From assembly GCA_002773135.1 (NCBI GenBank), contig PFCB01000028.1:4203-68202 (forward strand): a stretch of DNA of 64,000 bases. Direction: 5' to 3'. Both the position numbers and the translations under genes were made by a program. This stretch comes from Candidatus Magasanikbacteria bacterium CG10_big_fil_rev_8_21_14_0_10_47_10 (GTDB taxonomy: Bacteria > Patescibacteriota > Patescibacteriia > Magasanikbacterales > UBA922). The notes beneath the pieces were generated by a model. That model saw only the letters and a program-made list of their open reading frames with translations. It did no database searches and was not told where the DNA came from. Position 1 is the first letter of the stretch, and each line of letters begins with the position of its first letter. Below, one piece after another: positions 19,358 through 29,363 of the stretch.

Positions 19358-20943
19358 ACACAAATTCTACTCACGTCCGTCGCGCATTAATTTCAGTATC
19401 TGACAAAACCGATATTGTTGATCTTGCCCATGAATTACACCACCTTGGTGTTGAGCTATTATCTACCGGCGGCACCGCCTCAACCATTCGAGATGCAAAG
19501 ATACCGGTCACAGATGTTTCAGAGGTAACACAATTCCCTGAGATGATGCACGGACGGGTAAAAACACTTCACCCCCTTATTCACGGGGGCATTCTGGGAC
19601 TCCGCGACGAACATGCGCGCGAAGCTGCAGCAAATAATGTTGAGTGGATTGATTTGGTTGTTTGCAATCTCTATCCGTTTGCAGAAACAATCAAAAAAAC
19701 AGACGTTACCATGGATGATGTATTTGAGAATATCGATATTGGTGGCCCAAGTATGATACGCAGCGCTGCAAAAAATGTTGGGTGGACCACAGTACTGGTG
19801 GATCCTGCTGACTATGCACGCGTGCTAGATGAATTACGCGAACGAGGAAGTATTTCATTTGATGTTCGCAAAGATTTGAGCGCGAAGGCGTTTCGCCACA
19901 CAGCACACTACGACGCCATTGTCGCCGAGCACATGAACGAACGACTGAATATTCCTTTTCCAGAAGATCTTACATTTACAGCACACAAGGCATATGATTT
20001 GCGGTATGGTGAAAATCCGCATCAAGAAGCTGCTGTATATGTTGATCCGCACTTCAAAGAAACCTCGATATTAAAAGCTACTATTCACCAGGGCAAGCAG
20101 CTTTCATACAACAATATTGGTGATGCAGATGGCGCATTATCTATGGTGAAAGAATTTTCAGAACCTGCGTGTATTGTAGTCAAACACGCCAATCCGTGTG
20201 GCGCGGCAGTTGGGACGGACATCAGTGACGTCTTTCAGCGAGCCTATGCCGTTGACCCCATGTCGGCCTTTGGTGGTATTATTGCCATTAACCGCCCGTG
20301 TACTGTGGACATTGCCAATGAAATCATTAAAGTCTATGCCGAAATTGTAATAGCGCCCTGCTTTGAACCGGAGGCGCTTGGGGTTTTGGCCAAAAAAAAC
20401 AATATGCGTGTGCTGGAAGTGGGGGCTATTGTCCCCCGCAGGCCAAAGCATGAGCTAAAGTACGTGGAAGGCGGCATTCTGGTGCAAGATGTGGATACCA
20501 AACGCATTGAAAAAGATGATTTGCAGTTTGTGACGCAGGCAGAGCCCACACAAGCGCAGCTTTCTGACATGCTCTTTGCCTGGAAAGTATTGAAGCATGT
20601 GAAATCAAATGGCATTTTGCTAGCAAAGGACAGTACGACTGTTGGCCTGGGGGCAGGCCAAGTGTCACGCGTGGATGCGGTGGAATTGGCAATTAAAAAA
20701 TCTCGTTTCCATTTCCCTTCAGTCAATTCCGCCGGGCAAGCCTCAGAGCCTCAACTCACTGGTTGTATTTTGGCCTCAGATGCGTTCTTCCCATTTAGAG
20801 ACTCCATTGATCGTGCTGCAGAAGTTGGCATCAAAGCGATAATCCAGCCGGGTGGCTCCATGCGCGATGACGAGGTTATCAAAGCATGTGACGAGCATGG
20901 CATTGCCATGGTCTTTACCGGGGCAAGGTGTTTTAAACATTAA
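19354..20943 (+). CDS. purH: Bifunctional AICAR transformylase / IMP cyclohydrolase
   Basis: Start at [19 protein letters not shown] (4-nt overlap with upstream gene); MGS-like domain then AICARFT domain; ~529 aa. Confidence 0.9.
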   Translation: MNTNSTHVRRALISVSDKTDIVDLAHELHHLGVELLSTGGTASTIRDAKIPVTDVSEVTQFPEMMHGRVKTLHPLIHGGILGLRDEHAREAAANNVEWIDLVVCNLYPFAETIKKTDVTMDDVFENIDIGGPSMIRSAAKNVGWTTVLVDPADYARVLDELRERGSISFDVRKDLSAKAFRHTAHYDAIVAEHMNERLNIPFPEDLTFTAHKAYDLRYGENPHQEAAVYVDPHFKETSILKATIHQGKQLSYNNIGDADGALSMVKEFSEPACIVVKHANPCGAAVGTDISDVFQRAYAVDPMSAFGGIIAINRPCTVDIANEIIKVYAEIVIAPCFEPEALGVLAKKNNMRVLEVGAIVPRRPKHELKYVEGGILVQDVDTKRIEKDDLQFVTQAEPTQAQLSDMLFAWKVLKHVKSNGILLAKDSTTVGLGAGQVSRVDAVELAIKKSRFHFPSVNSAGQASEPQLTGCILASDAFFPFRDSIDRAAEVGIKAIIQPGGSMRDDEVIKACDEHGIAMVFTGARCFKH

Positions 20944-20951
20944 ATGAAGAA

Positions 20952-20982
20952 GCCCGCCCGCGAATGTATCGCGAACGGGCTT
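20952..20982. terminator. GC-rich stem-loop (AGCCCG..CGCGA-loop-TCGCG..CGGGCT) between convergent purH and the small minus-strand ORF
   Basis: Nested 5-bp + 5-bp stems seen directly; no clean T-run, so weak. Confidence 0.35.
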
Positions 20983-21001
20983 GTACCTATACCGGCTCGT
21001 G

Positions 21002-21232
21002 TCAGTGGAGTCGGCTCCTGAGCAACTCGTCCTGCACCCACTCCGCGACAGGGAGCCCTCGCGGCTTGCTGTTCGGATCGAGCACGAGCGGCTCCCCACC
21101 TTCCACCTGAAAGGTCCAGGTTCGCGCTCCACACGACTTGGCCGTGCACCGCTCGGCCTGCGGCATAGGGCCTGCAGCCAGCCACGCAACTTGGTAACGC
21201 TCCAATGGAGCGCCGCACTTGGGACACGTCAT
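21002..21232 (-). CDS. Small GC-rich hypothetical protein with N-terminal zinc-ribbon-like CPKCG motif (76 aa)
   Basis: ORF MTCPKCGAPLERYQVAWLAAG...; local GC clearly above flanks; could alternatively be non-coding. Confidence 0.3.
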   Translation of the reverse strand: MTCPKCGAPLERYQVAWLAAGPMPQAERCTAKSCGARTWTFQVEGGEPLVLDPNSKPRGLPVAEWVQDELLRSRLH

Positions 21233-21267
21233 GATCTACCTCCTACAAAACTGATAACACAAATAAA

Positions 21268-21296
21268 GGCGCATGTCAATGCATGCACCTTTTTTA
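21268..21296. terminator. Bidirectional terminator GCATG-TCAATG-CATGC followed by TTTTTTATT (A-rich on the other side)
   Basis: Hairpin plus T-run directly visible; downstream of minus-strand membrane-protein gene. Confidence 0.5.
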
Positions 21297-21324
21297 TTCT
21301 CACGTATTAGTGCTTGATTGGTGA

Positions 21325-21675
21325 CTATCTTCCAAACAGATTGGCACCAAATAGCGCGATTGCAACGGTCACAAATAACAATATAAAACCAATATTATCC
21401 AATAATTTCTGTCGTTTTCTGAATGCTTCGAAATCTTTCCACTTTCCAGATTTCCATGCCATTTGACGCCCTTTTACACCCAGCCAAATTGCAACACCCA
21501 GCAATGAAATTTGACCAATGACAGGAACGAACGCAAGAACGATCAGGCCAAGACCTAATACATACAGTCTACTTCCTAATGCCCACAGCGGACCCATCAA
21601 AAATCCTCCCCAGCTCGCTTTTTTTACAAATACCTCAGGCGGATATGAGTGGGGTTTTTTCGACTCTTGTTCCAT
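21325..21675 (-). CDS. Small integral membrane protein (2 predicted TM helices), unknown function
   Basis: 116 aa; hydrophobic segments LWALGSRLYVLGLGLIVLAFVPVIGQISLLGVAIWLGV and IGFILLFVTVAIALFGANLFG. Confidence 0.5.
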   Translation of the reverse strand: MEQESKKPHSYPPEVFVKKASWGGFLMGPLWALGSRLYVLGLGLIVLAFVPVIGQISLLGVAIWLGVKGRQMAWKSGKWKDFEAFRKRQKLLDNIGFILLFVTVAIALFGANLFGR

Positions 21676-21720
21676 ATATTCGATATTTTAGTAACATTAC
21701 GTATAAGTATACCATATTTG

Positions 21721-23196
21721 CTACTCCCCCACCCGATAATTCGGCGCGTCTTCAATTCGCCCCAAATCATGCGGATGGCTCTCTTTGAGTGATGATCCTG
21801 ATATTTTTACAAAATGGGCATTGCGCTGCAAATCAGCAATCGTGCGTGAGCCGGTATACCCCATGCCGGATCGCAAACCGCCGGCCAGCTGATATAGAAT
21901 GCGGTCCACCGTGCCCTTGTACGGAACGCGGCCACTCACACCCTCAGGGACAAACTTCATCTTTTGTGTGACATCTGCTTGGCCATAGCGATCTTTGCTT
22001 CCCTGTTCCATGGCTTGCAAAGACCCCATGCCACGATATGTTTTAAACATACGACCATCTATAAATTCAACACGCCCTGGTGATTCATCTGTCCCTGCAA
22101 ACAGGTTCCCCATCATTACGGTGGAAGCTCCTGCGGCAAGTGCTTTTACAATATCACCGGATGTTTTGATACCACCATCTGCAATAAGCGGTACAATTTT
22201 CTTCGCTGCGTGCACACCTTTTGCAACTTCCAAAATGGCTGACAACTGTGGCACGCCAATGCCGGCCACCACGCGCGTGGTGCAAATTGAGCCTGGCCCA
22301 ATGCCGACTTTCACAGCATCCGCACCCGCGTTAATTAGCGCGTGTGCTGCTTCTGCGGTTGCAATATTCCCTGCAATTACTTGCGCGCTTGGGTATGCTG
22401 CTTTTATTTCCAATACCGTAGAAATAACACCATCCGAATCACCATGTGCCGTATCTACCACCAGCACATCCGCGCGCTCGCGCAACAACGCTTCTGCGCG
22501 CGCAAGACCGGCTTGACCAACACCAACTGCTGCACCAACACGCAACTGTTTATTTTCGTCTTTTGCAGCGTCAGGATATTTGTGATTTTTTTCTATATCA
22601 TGTCGCGTTACCATACTCACCAATCGCCTTTTTTCATCAACAATACAAAGCGTGCGAAGTTTAAACTCTCGAATCATCATATTTGCCTGGTCCAAGGTAA
22701 TACCATCCTTTGCCAAAATCAATTCAGTGGCAGGCGTCATTCTATCTTTAACCAAAAGATGTGCGTCATCCGGAATAAAATAATCAACATCAGAAATAAT
22801 ACCCAGAAGAATGCCATTTTCATCAACAACAGGTGTCTTTTTAAACCCCTGCTGTTCACGAATATCCATCACCCGCTGTATAGTGTCATTTGGCCCCACT
22901 GTGGCTGGCCGCATAATAAACCCATTTTCAAAACGTTTTACTTTGTGAACTTCATACGCTTGCTCCTCTATTGAAAGATTTTTATGTATCACACCCAGCC
23001 CACCGGCCAACGCCATGGATATAGCCATTTTTGCTTGCGTCACCGTGTCCATTGGCGCAGACAAAAAAGGATTATTTAGCTGTATACTGCGTGTTAGTTG
23101 CGCATGGAGCGTGACATCCTTTGGCAACACATCAGAGTGCTGCGGAATAAGCAGCACATCATCAAATGTCAGAGTTGCCTCAAAAGGATCAAACAT
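21721..23196 (-). CDS. guaB: Inosine-5'-monophosphate dehydrogenase
   Basis: Start placed at MFDPFEATLTFDDVLLIPQ (third Met of ORF; upstream part is translated repeat element IPAFAGMTP); CBS pair, catalytic loop, GGIKTSGDIVKALAAGASTVMMG. Confidence 0.9.
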   Translation of the reverse strand: MFDPFEATLTFDDVLLIPQHSDVLPKDVTLHAQLTRSIQLNNPFLSAPMDTVTQAKMAISMALAGGLGVIHKNLSIEEQAYEVHKVKRFENGFIMRPATVGPNDTIQRVMDIREQQGFKKTPVVDENGILLGIISDVDYFIPDDAHLLVKDRMTPATELILAKDGITLDQANMMIREFKLRTLCIVDEKRRLVSMVTRHDIEKNHKYPDAAKDENKQLRVGAAVGVGQAGLARAEALLRERADVLVVDTAHGDSDGVISTVLEIKAAYPSAQVIAGNIATAEAAHALINAGADAVKVGIGPGSICTTRVVAGIGVPQLSAILEVAKGVHAAKKIVPLIADGGIKTSGDIVKALAAGASTVMMGNLFAGTDESPGRVEFIDGRMFKTYRGMGSLQAMEQGSKDRYGQADVTQKMKFVPEGVSGRVPYKGTVDRILYQLAGGLRSGMGYTGSRTIADLQRNAHFVKISGSSLKESHPHDLGRIEDAPNYRVGE

Positions 23197-23225
23197 AGAT
23201 ATTAAGCATAAAATTGAGCATATTC

Positions 23226-23307
23226 CAGGTGTCATTCCCGCGAAAGCGGGAATCCAGTAAAACAATGTTCCTGCTAACTGGATCCCCGCTTTCGCGGGGA
23301 TGACACG
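23226..23307. repeat. MITE-like palindromic element: GTGTCATTCCCGCGAAAGCGGGAATCCAG - 24-nt spacer - CTGGATCCCCGCTTTCGCGGGGATGACAC (two inverted units), in the guaB-guaA divergent intergenic region
   Basis: Each unit is itself a hairpin (CCCGC-GAAA-GCGGG); units are inverted copies of each other; third and fourth copies at 25303-25420. Confidence 0.8.
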
Positions 23308-23391
23308 ATTAGTCCTTTATGCGCTCAATACACGCTACAAGTTACAGGATAATTGCATTCTATCATCCTTATTGTTATGATTCAAACCACT

Positions 23392-25269
23392 ATGAAAGAC
23401 CATATTGCCATACTGGATTTTGGATCTCAGTACACACATCTGATTGCCCGGCGCGTGCGTGAGTTGGGTGTCCGATCACATATTTATTCGTCTACCACGC
23501 TCGCCGATGACCTGGTTCATGCGGCCGGCATTATCCTTTCAGGTGGACCGGGTAGCATTGTAAAAAATGGACCACTCACTCATGATCCGGATATTTTTGA
23601 AATAGGGGTCCCTATGCTCGGCCTGTGCTATGGGCATCAGCTCATGGCATACCATTTTGGCGGACGGCTTGCTGCAGGAACAGCTAGAGAATACGGCAGC
23701 GCGGATCTTCATATTTCAGATTCTGCTATTTTTAATCAAATTGGTAATACAACAACGGTGTGGATGAGTCATGGCGAGCATGTTGCAGACCTGCCGGATG
23801 AATTTGTATGCATTGCCAATACAGGTAATGGCAGCGTTGGTGCTATGTCGCATGAAGAAAGACGCTTATTTGGTTTTCAATACCATCCGGAAGTGCATCA
23901 TTCTTCAGATGGCATAACCATGCTGCGCAATTTCATCTTTGATATTTGCAATGCTCAGAAAAATTGGAGCACAGCAAACCAACTGGAACAAATACAATGT
24001 CAAATTATTTCTGAAGCAGGCAACAAAAATGTTTTTCTTTTGCTCAGCGGTGGTGTTGATTCTACTGTCTGCTATGCACTGCTGAAAAAAACGTTGGGCA
24101 AACACCGCGTCTATGGTCTGCATGTGGATCATGGCATGATGAGAAAAAATGAGTCTACACAAGTTACCAAGGCACTTGCAGCTATTGGCCTCGATGACTT
24201 ACATGTGGCCAATGCGGAAACTACTTTTTTGGAAGCGCTTCGCGGTGTTGTTGATCCGGAACAAAAACGAAAGATTATCGGTGATCTATTTATTGATATT
24301 GCCAATACTGTCATGGCTGACCTGAAAATGAACAACGGAAATTGGCTGCTTGGCCAAGGTACTATTTATCCGGATACAATTGAATCAGGTGGTACAAAAA
24401 ATGCTGATACGATCAAAACACATCACAATCGAGTAGACAAAATTAATGAAATGATTGCGCAAGGATTAGTAATTGAACCAATTAAAGATTTGTATAAAGA
24501 CGAAGTGCGCGCAGTTGGCCGCGAGCTTGGTCTTCCATCAGAAATTGTTGACCGACATCCGTTTCCCGGACCTGGCCTGGCAATACGATGTTTGTGTTCC
24601 GACGGAAGTACTGAGCGAGCATCCGTCATTGCGAGCCCAGATCACAATACTCGTCATTGCGAGCGAAGCGAAGCAATCCCCCACATCAATGGGATTGCCG
24701 CGGTCGCTGCGCTCCCTCGCAATAACGAAATAAAATCTAGTACTGCTTATACTATATACAGGCTTCCCATCAAATCTGTGGGCGTCCAAGGTGATGAACG
24801 CAGTTACGCGCACCCGGCCGTGCTCACTGGATCATATAGTCTCCATGAACTGCAACAACTGTCCCCTACCATCACCAATCAGCATCATGATATAAACCGG
24901 GTACTTGGTCTGATATACGGCGATATAAATAAACTGAATGCATCGCTGATGCATAAAGCGGATGTGTGCAACGCGCGCCTTGATTTGCTACGCAATATAG
25001 ATCAGCGAGTAAATACTATTGTGCAGCGTGATCCAAACTGGAACAAGGTGTGGCAAATGCCTATTGTTCTTATTCCGTTTGGACATACAAAAAAAGAATC
25101 ACTTGTGATCCGGCCGGTAGAGTCAAGCGAGGCCATGACTGTTTCATTTGCGCCGCTGCATCCGGACACGCTGCGCGTAATAATAGAAGACCTGACTGTT
25201 TCTCAGCAGGTCGATTATATCTTCTACGATCTGACCAATAAACCACCCGGGACAATCGAATGGGAATGA
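23392..25269 (+). CDS. guaA: GMP synthase (glutamine-hydrolysing), unusually long (~625 aa) owing to internal insertions
   Basis: Start at MKDHIAILDFGSQY; class I GATase, PP-loop LLSGGVDSTV, C-terminal dimerisation domain ending KPPGTIEWE. Confidence 0.9.
   Translation: MKDHIAILDFGSQYTHLIARRVRELGVRSHIYSSTTLADDLVHAAGIILSGGPGSIVKNGPLTHDPDIFEIGVPMLGLCYGHQLMAYHFGGRLAAGTAREYGSADLHISDSAIFNQIGNTTTVWMSHGEHVADLPDEFVCIANTGNGSVGAMSHEERRLFGFQYHPEVHHSSDGITMLRNFIFDICNAQKNWSTANQLEQIQCQIISEAGNKNVFLLLSGGVDSTVCYALLKKTLGKHRVYGLHVDHGMMRKNESTQVTKALAAIGLDDLHVANAETTFLEALRGVVDPEQKRKIIGDLFIDIANTVMADLKMNNGNWLLGQGTIYPDTIESGGTKNADTIKTHHNRVDKINEMIAQGLVIEPIKDLYKDEVRAVGRELGLPSEIVDRHPFPGPGLAIRCLCSDGSTERASVIASPDHNTRHCERSEAIPHINGIAAVAALPRNNEIKSSTAYTIYRLPIKSVGVQGDERSYAHPAVLTGSYSLHELQQLSPTITNQHHDINRVLGLIYGDINKLNASLMHKADVCNARLDLLRNIDQRVNTIVQRDPNWNKVWQMPIVLIPFGHTKKESLVIRPVESSEAMTVSFAPLHPDTLRVIIEDLTVSQQVDYIFYDLTNKPPGTIEWE
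24620..24730. repeat. Palindromic repeat element inserted IN-FRAME within guaA (units CGTCATTGCGAGC, CGTCATTGCGAGCGAAGCGAAGCAATCCC, and inverted GGGATTGCCGCGGTCGCTGCGCTCCCTCGCAATAACG)
   Basis: Shares GTCATT...AATCC termini with the intergenic repeats; translated as ...SVIASPDHNTRHCERSEAIPHINGIAAVAALPRNNE... at the position where canonical GuaA has a shorter T.E.L..LR.AD.I segment. Confidence 0.65.
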
Positions 25270-25302
25270 ATGTACGAATGGCTACTGAGTACAAAATACA
25301 CT

Positions 25303-25420
25303 TGTCATTCCCGCGAATGCGGGAATCCAGTCAGCTCAGCTATCCGCCCTGCCTGGATCCCCGATAGTCGACGCTCCGCGTCGTACTTCGAGGATGACAA
25401 TGTCATCTGACATTATCCGA
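25303..25420. repeat. Second composite copy of the GTCATTCCCGCGAA(A/T)GCGGGAATCCAG element (one intact unit + one inverted unit disrupted by a ~28-nt insert containing the TCGACGC-TCC-GCGTCGA palindrome), between convergent guaA and epimerase genes
   Basis: CTTGTCATTCCCGCGAATGCGGGAATCCAGTC at 25303-25334; CTGGATCCCC...GAGGATGACAATGTCATC at ~25352-25420. Confidence 0.7.
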
Positions 25421-25439
25421 AAATCTAAATCATCAAAGG

Positions 25440-26354
25440 TTATTCAATCCCCATTTCTTCTTTCAACGCTTTTATTCCTTCTTCCAGCTCAATACTTGGT
25501 GCCCAGCCCAACAGTTGCTTTGCTTTTGTAATATCAGCACCGGAAAAACGAGGATCACCAGGGCGTTCCGGAACATTCACATGTTCCCCACCAATCAAGT
25601 CAACAAGCTGATTCACTGTTGTTGGTCTGCTATTACCAATATTGATTACGTCTCCCTTTCCTACTGTGTCCTTTGTCATTGCAAGTATGTTTGCTCGCAC
25701 CACATCAGACACATGCGTATAGTCACGATAATACTCTCCATCCCCGCAAACTGTCATGGGCTCGCCATTCTTTTTTTGTGTTAAAAATTTTCCAATAACC
25801 AATGCATAGGCACCCTCCGGATCAAAATATGGACCATACACATTAAAATAAATCAAACTGACTGTTTCAATATCATATAACTGCGCAAACAAACGACAAT
25901 AATGTTCTCCGGTCAACTTATGAAGCGCATACGGACTAATTGGCATTTTCACCGCACCATCTTCCTTCAGCAGCTCCTTTTCCTCTGCGCCATATGTTGA
26001 TGATGACGAGCTAAAGATAACACGCTTCACACCAGCGTCGCGCGCGGCTAGCAGCACGTTGAGCGTTCCATTAACATTTACATCATTTGTTTCAAGCGGA
26101 TGTTCAACAGAAAATGTTACCCGTGGCAATGCTGCCATGTGAAACACACCATCAACATTTTCCATTGCCCGAAGCAATGCATCAAAATCACGAATATCTC
26201 CTTCAATGTACGCAACGCCTTGTTGCAGCCGCTCCTCTTTTTTGCCACCTGCGTAGTTATCAAAAACACGAACTGTGTGACCCTCCGCAATAAGCTGAAC
26301 AACTAAATTTGTTCCAATAAAGCCTGCACCGCCTGTTACCAAATAATTTGCCAT
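25440..26354 (-). CDS. NAD-dependent nucleotide-sugar epimerase/dehydratase (GalE/WbpP-like SDR)
   Basis: 304 aa; MANYLVTGGAGFIGTNLV Rossmann, YxxxK-type SDR body. Confidence 0.8.
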   Translation of the reverse strand: MANYLVTGGAGFIGTNLVVQLIAEGHTVRVFDNYAGGKKEERLQQGVAYIEGDIRDFDALLRAMENVDGVFHMAALPRVTFSVEHPLETNDVNVNGTLNVLLAARDAGVKRVIFSSSSSTYGAEEKELLKEDGAVKMPISPYALHKLTGEHYCRLFAQLYDIETVSLIYFNVYGPYFDPEGAYALVIGKFLTQKKNGEPMTVCGDGEYYRDYTHVSDVVRANILAMTKDTVGKGDVINIGNSRPTTVNQLVDLIGGEHVNVPERPGDPRFSGADITKAKQLLGWAPSIELEEGIKALKEEMGIE

Positions 26355-26441
26355 AGTATGTGTGTTACGTCACAAAATTTACGGTTCAGATAATAATACA
26401 TGGCACCAATCACCATGAACTGTTAACATAAAACTTTAAAC

Positions 26442-27749
26442 CTACAAGGACCAGTATGTCAGGCCCGCTTGTTCTATATCATCTTTATTATATATGTGCT
26501 TTACATCAAAAAGCAACCGCGGCCCGCTCTTTTGCAGCAACTGGAGTAACGCCTCCGCGTTCATCTGTGCAAATTCCGTGTGCTTTACGGCAACGATACA
26601 TCCGTCGACGGTTACATCATCCAGCGAATCAATGAGATCAATACCATATTCGTGTTTCACTTCCGCCTTGTCTGCATGAGGATCATATACCAACACAGTG
26701 CAGCCATGCTTTTCTGTCAACGCCTTATAGAGTCCTGCGACTTTTGAGTTGCGTACATCTGGAATATTTTCTTTAAATGTTACACCCAACATGACCAACG
26801 TTGGAGACTCAACACCGCGTTGCGCGCACAACGTGTGAATAGAACGAGCTACAATATTATGCATGTCATCATTAATTTTTCTGCCGGACAAAATAACGTC
26901 CGGCCTATAACCATAAAACTGTGTCGCAGCATGCGTGAGATAATACGGGTCAACACCAATGCAATGACCACCAACCAAACCGGGCTGAAAATGTAAAAAA
27001 TTCCATTTGGTGCCGGCAGCTTCTAGCACGTCATATACACTAATTCCCATTTTGTTAAAAATGACAGCCAGCTCATTTACCAGCGCAATATTGACATCTC
27101 GCTGCGTATTTTCAATAACTTTTGCCGCTTCTGCAGCACGAATTGACGCGGCGCGAAATGTTGGCGCTATGGTGCCATATACTTTCTCAATCACGTCTGC
27201 TGACTCATCATCCATTCCAGAAACAACTTTCACCACTTTATCTATGGTGTGTTCTTTGTCACCTGGATTTACACGCTCCGGTGAATAACCAACCTTGAAA
27301 TCACTTCCAGCAACAAGATTTGATTCCTTTTCAAGGATAGGAACACATACATCCTGTGTTACGCCCGGATACACTGTCGACTCATACACAACAACAGAGT
27401 CGTTTACCATGTATTTTCCAACCATTTCGGTTGCACGCTCCACAATAGATAGGTCCGGAACAGTATTCTCGTCCACTGGCGTTGGCACAGCCACAATAAT
27501 AAATTTCGACTGTGCAATAACAGCCGGATCACTATTGAACGTCATCGTGCTAGCTGCCAAATTTGCTGCATCCACCTCACCAGTTCTATCAATCCCCTTT
27601 TTCAACTCTTCAATTTTTTTTGTATCAACATCAAGCCCGGCAACATCAAAATGCTTTGCCAAAAGTACGGAAAGCGGTAGCCCAACATAGCCGAGTCCAA
27701 CTACACAAATTTTTTCCTTTTTGGATTGAAGATCTGTAAATTGAAGCAT
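26442..27749 (-). CDS. UDP-sugar 6-dehydrogenase family (UDP-ManNAc/UDP-GlcNAc dehydrogenase-like, WecC/WbpA-type)
   Basis: Start at MLQFTDLQSKKEKICVVGLGYVGLPLSVLLAK; three-domain UDPG_MGDP_dh architecture. Confidence 0.8.
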   Translation of the reverse strand: MLQFTDLQSKKEKICVVGLGYVGLPLSVLLAKHFDVAGLDVDTKKIEELKKGIDRTGEVDAANLAASTMTFNSDPAVIAQSKFIIVAVPTPVDENTVPDLSIVERATEMVGKYMVNDSVVVYESTVYPGVTQDVCVPILEKESNLVAGSDFKVGYSPERVNPGDKEHTIDKVVKVVSGMDDESADVIEKVYGTIAPTFRAASIRAAEAAKVIENTQRDVNIALVNELAVIFNKMGISVYDVLEAAGTKWNFLHFQPGLVGGHCIGVDPYYLTHAATQFYGYRPDVILSGRKINDDMHNIVARSIHTLCAQRGVESPTLVMLGVTFKENIPDVRNSKVAGLYKALTEKHGCTVLVYDPHADKAEVKHEYGIDLIDSLDDVTVDGCIVAVKHTEFAQMNAEALLQLLQKSGPRLLFDVKHIYNKDDIEQAGLTYWSL

Positions 27750-27852
27750 ATTCCATCCGAGACACCTAACACTGAAAACTCGACACAATTTTTTTACAGT
27801 ATGTGTCACGTTATTAGTGACATGTGTTATGTAAAGTCTTAAACTATGCGTA

Positions 27853-29241
27853 TTACGCGTGCCCCCTTATAAACGGGCTTCCTACCGCTATCACGTCAAA
27901 CCCGGCATTCCGTAAATCAGCATACCGATGATGGAGCATCCGTCGACCATCCATAATAAGTGGTCGCGTTTGCAGTTCACTCACAATCACGTCTGCCAAA
28001 CCGCGAAACTGCGGCCAATCTGTGGCAATAATAATGACATCCGCATCTTTGACAGCATCAAACTCATGCGATGCATAGGTTCTTTTTTCTGTTTCAGCAA
28101 ACATGCTTTTGAACATATCCGATGCAGCAGGATCATAGAGCGACACATGTGATACGTTTTTTCCCTCCAAAAAATGCATGATATCAATACTTGGCGAATT
28201 GCGCGTATCGTTGGTATCACGTTTAAATGCAAGACCAAGCAAGGCAACACGTTTACCTGCCCAATCAAATCCCGCGTCCTTCTGCGCGCGACCTAAAAAT
28301 GTTTCCAACTGCCTTTTGTTGGCAATATAGGTTTCATTCACCAATACGGCTTCTTGCCCTGCTGTTTGCAATTGATGCGACAGTGACCGCGCATCTTTTA
28401 TAAAACAACTGCCGCCAGCGTACAGGCTATCGTAAAAACCCCACTTTCCAATTCTGTCGTCATTGATCAAAATACGACGCAAATTTTCAAATGATATTGC
28501 GTCAAACGCTTCTGCTGTACGACCAATCACATCAAAGCAAATTGCCAATTTATTAAACAAATAAAAATTCGCAAGCAGCTTTCCTGCAGCGGCTTCTTTT
28601 GGATTGACTTCAATATACTCAACATCAGGTGAATCATAAAAGCGTCTATAGACATTGCGCATAACATCAAAATCTTTTTCTTGCCACGCACCAACCACAA
28701 TTCTGTCTGGCTTCAGTGATCCCTGTATTGCCTTTCCCTCCACCAAAAATTCAGGGTTCGACACAACCCCCACATTGCGCACGCCTGCTTTATCCAAAAT
28801 TTCTTGCGTGTGATCAACCGTATCAATAGGAACCGTACTCTTATTTACAATAACAATATATTTTTGCTGTGCACCACCATCTCTTTTTGCAAGCGCAGTC
28901 GCGAGTTGCTCTGCCGCGCTATTGTAATACTCCATGTTGCTCTCTCCTGTTTCACCAATCTCCGGTGTTGGCAAACACATAAAAATAGCATCTACAGATG
29001 CCAAAAAATTCACTACATTGCTGTAGTCAGTTGTGAAGGCAATCCGCTCTTTATTGCGAACAAGCAAGTCGCCCAAACCTTTTTCAAAAAGACATGACTC
29101 TATGGTATCTCTGTCGCCAGAGGCAAGCATTTGAATCTTTTTCTGATCAATATCAAAAACAAGCGTGCTATGCCCACTGTCTGCTGCCACGGCCGCGCTG
29201 CACGCGCCGACAAATCCAGCACCAATATAAAGTATGTTCAT
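27853..29241 (-). CDS. UDP-glucose/GDP-mannose 6-dehydrogenase family protein (Ugd-like)
   Basis: Start at MNILYIGAGFVGACSAAV; UDPG_MGDP_dh N, central (GGSCFIKD catalytic Cys) and C domains. Confidence 0.8.
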   Translation of the reverse strand: MNILYIGAGFVGACSAAVAADSGHSTLVFDIDQKKIQMLASGDRDTIESCLFEKGLGDLLVRNKERIAFTTDYSNVVNFLASVDAIFMCLPTPEIGETGESNMEYYNSAAEQLATALAKRDGGAQQKYIVIVNKSTVPIDTVDHTQEILDKAGVRNVGVVSNPEFLVEGKAIQGSLKPDRIVVGAWQEKDFDVMRNVYRRFYDSPDVEYIEVNPKEAAAGKLLANFYLFNKLAICFDVIGRTAEAFDAISFENLRRILINDDRIGKWGFYDSLYAGGSCFIKDARSLSHQLQTAGQEAVLVNETYIANKRQLETFLGRAQKDAGFDWAGKRVALLGLAFKRDTNDTRNSPSIDIMHFLEGKNVSHVSLYDPAASDMFKSMFAETEKRTYASHEFDAVKDADVIIIATDWPQFRGLADVIVSELQTRPLIMDGRRMLHHRYADLRNAGFDVIAVGSPFIRGHA

Positions 29242-29363
29242 ATGAAGGATATAGTACATTTTGCAGCACTCTTCGTCAAGCAATTGCGCTAATATAAGGG
29301 AAAATATTGACTTTAGCAATTATGTATGGTATACACACAGTCAAATCAACAGGGGGTGAAATC

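Noticed and set aside
23197-23265. N-terminal extension of guaB (MFYWIPAFAGMTPGICSILCLIS)
   Set aside because: It is the translation of the palindromic repeat unit; the conserved IMPDH N-terminus begins at MFDPFEA (23196).
27780-27812. TGTCAC-N8-GTGACA inverted repeat between the two dehydrogenase genes
   Set aside because: Short (6-bp arms), single occurrence; insufficient to call a regulatory site.
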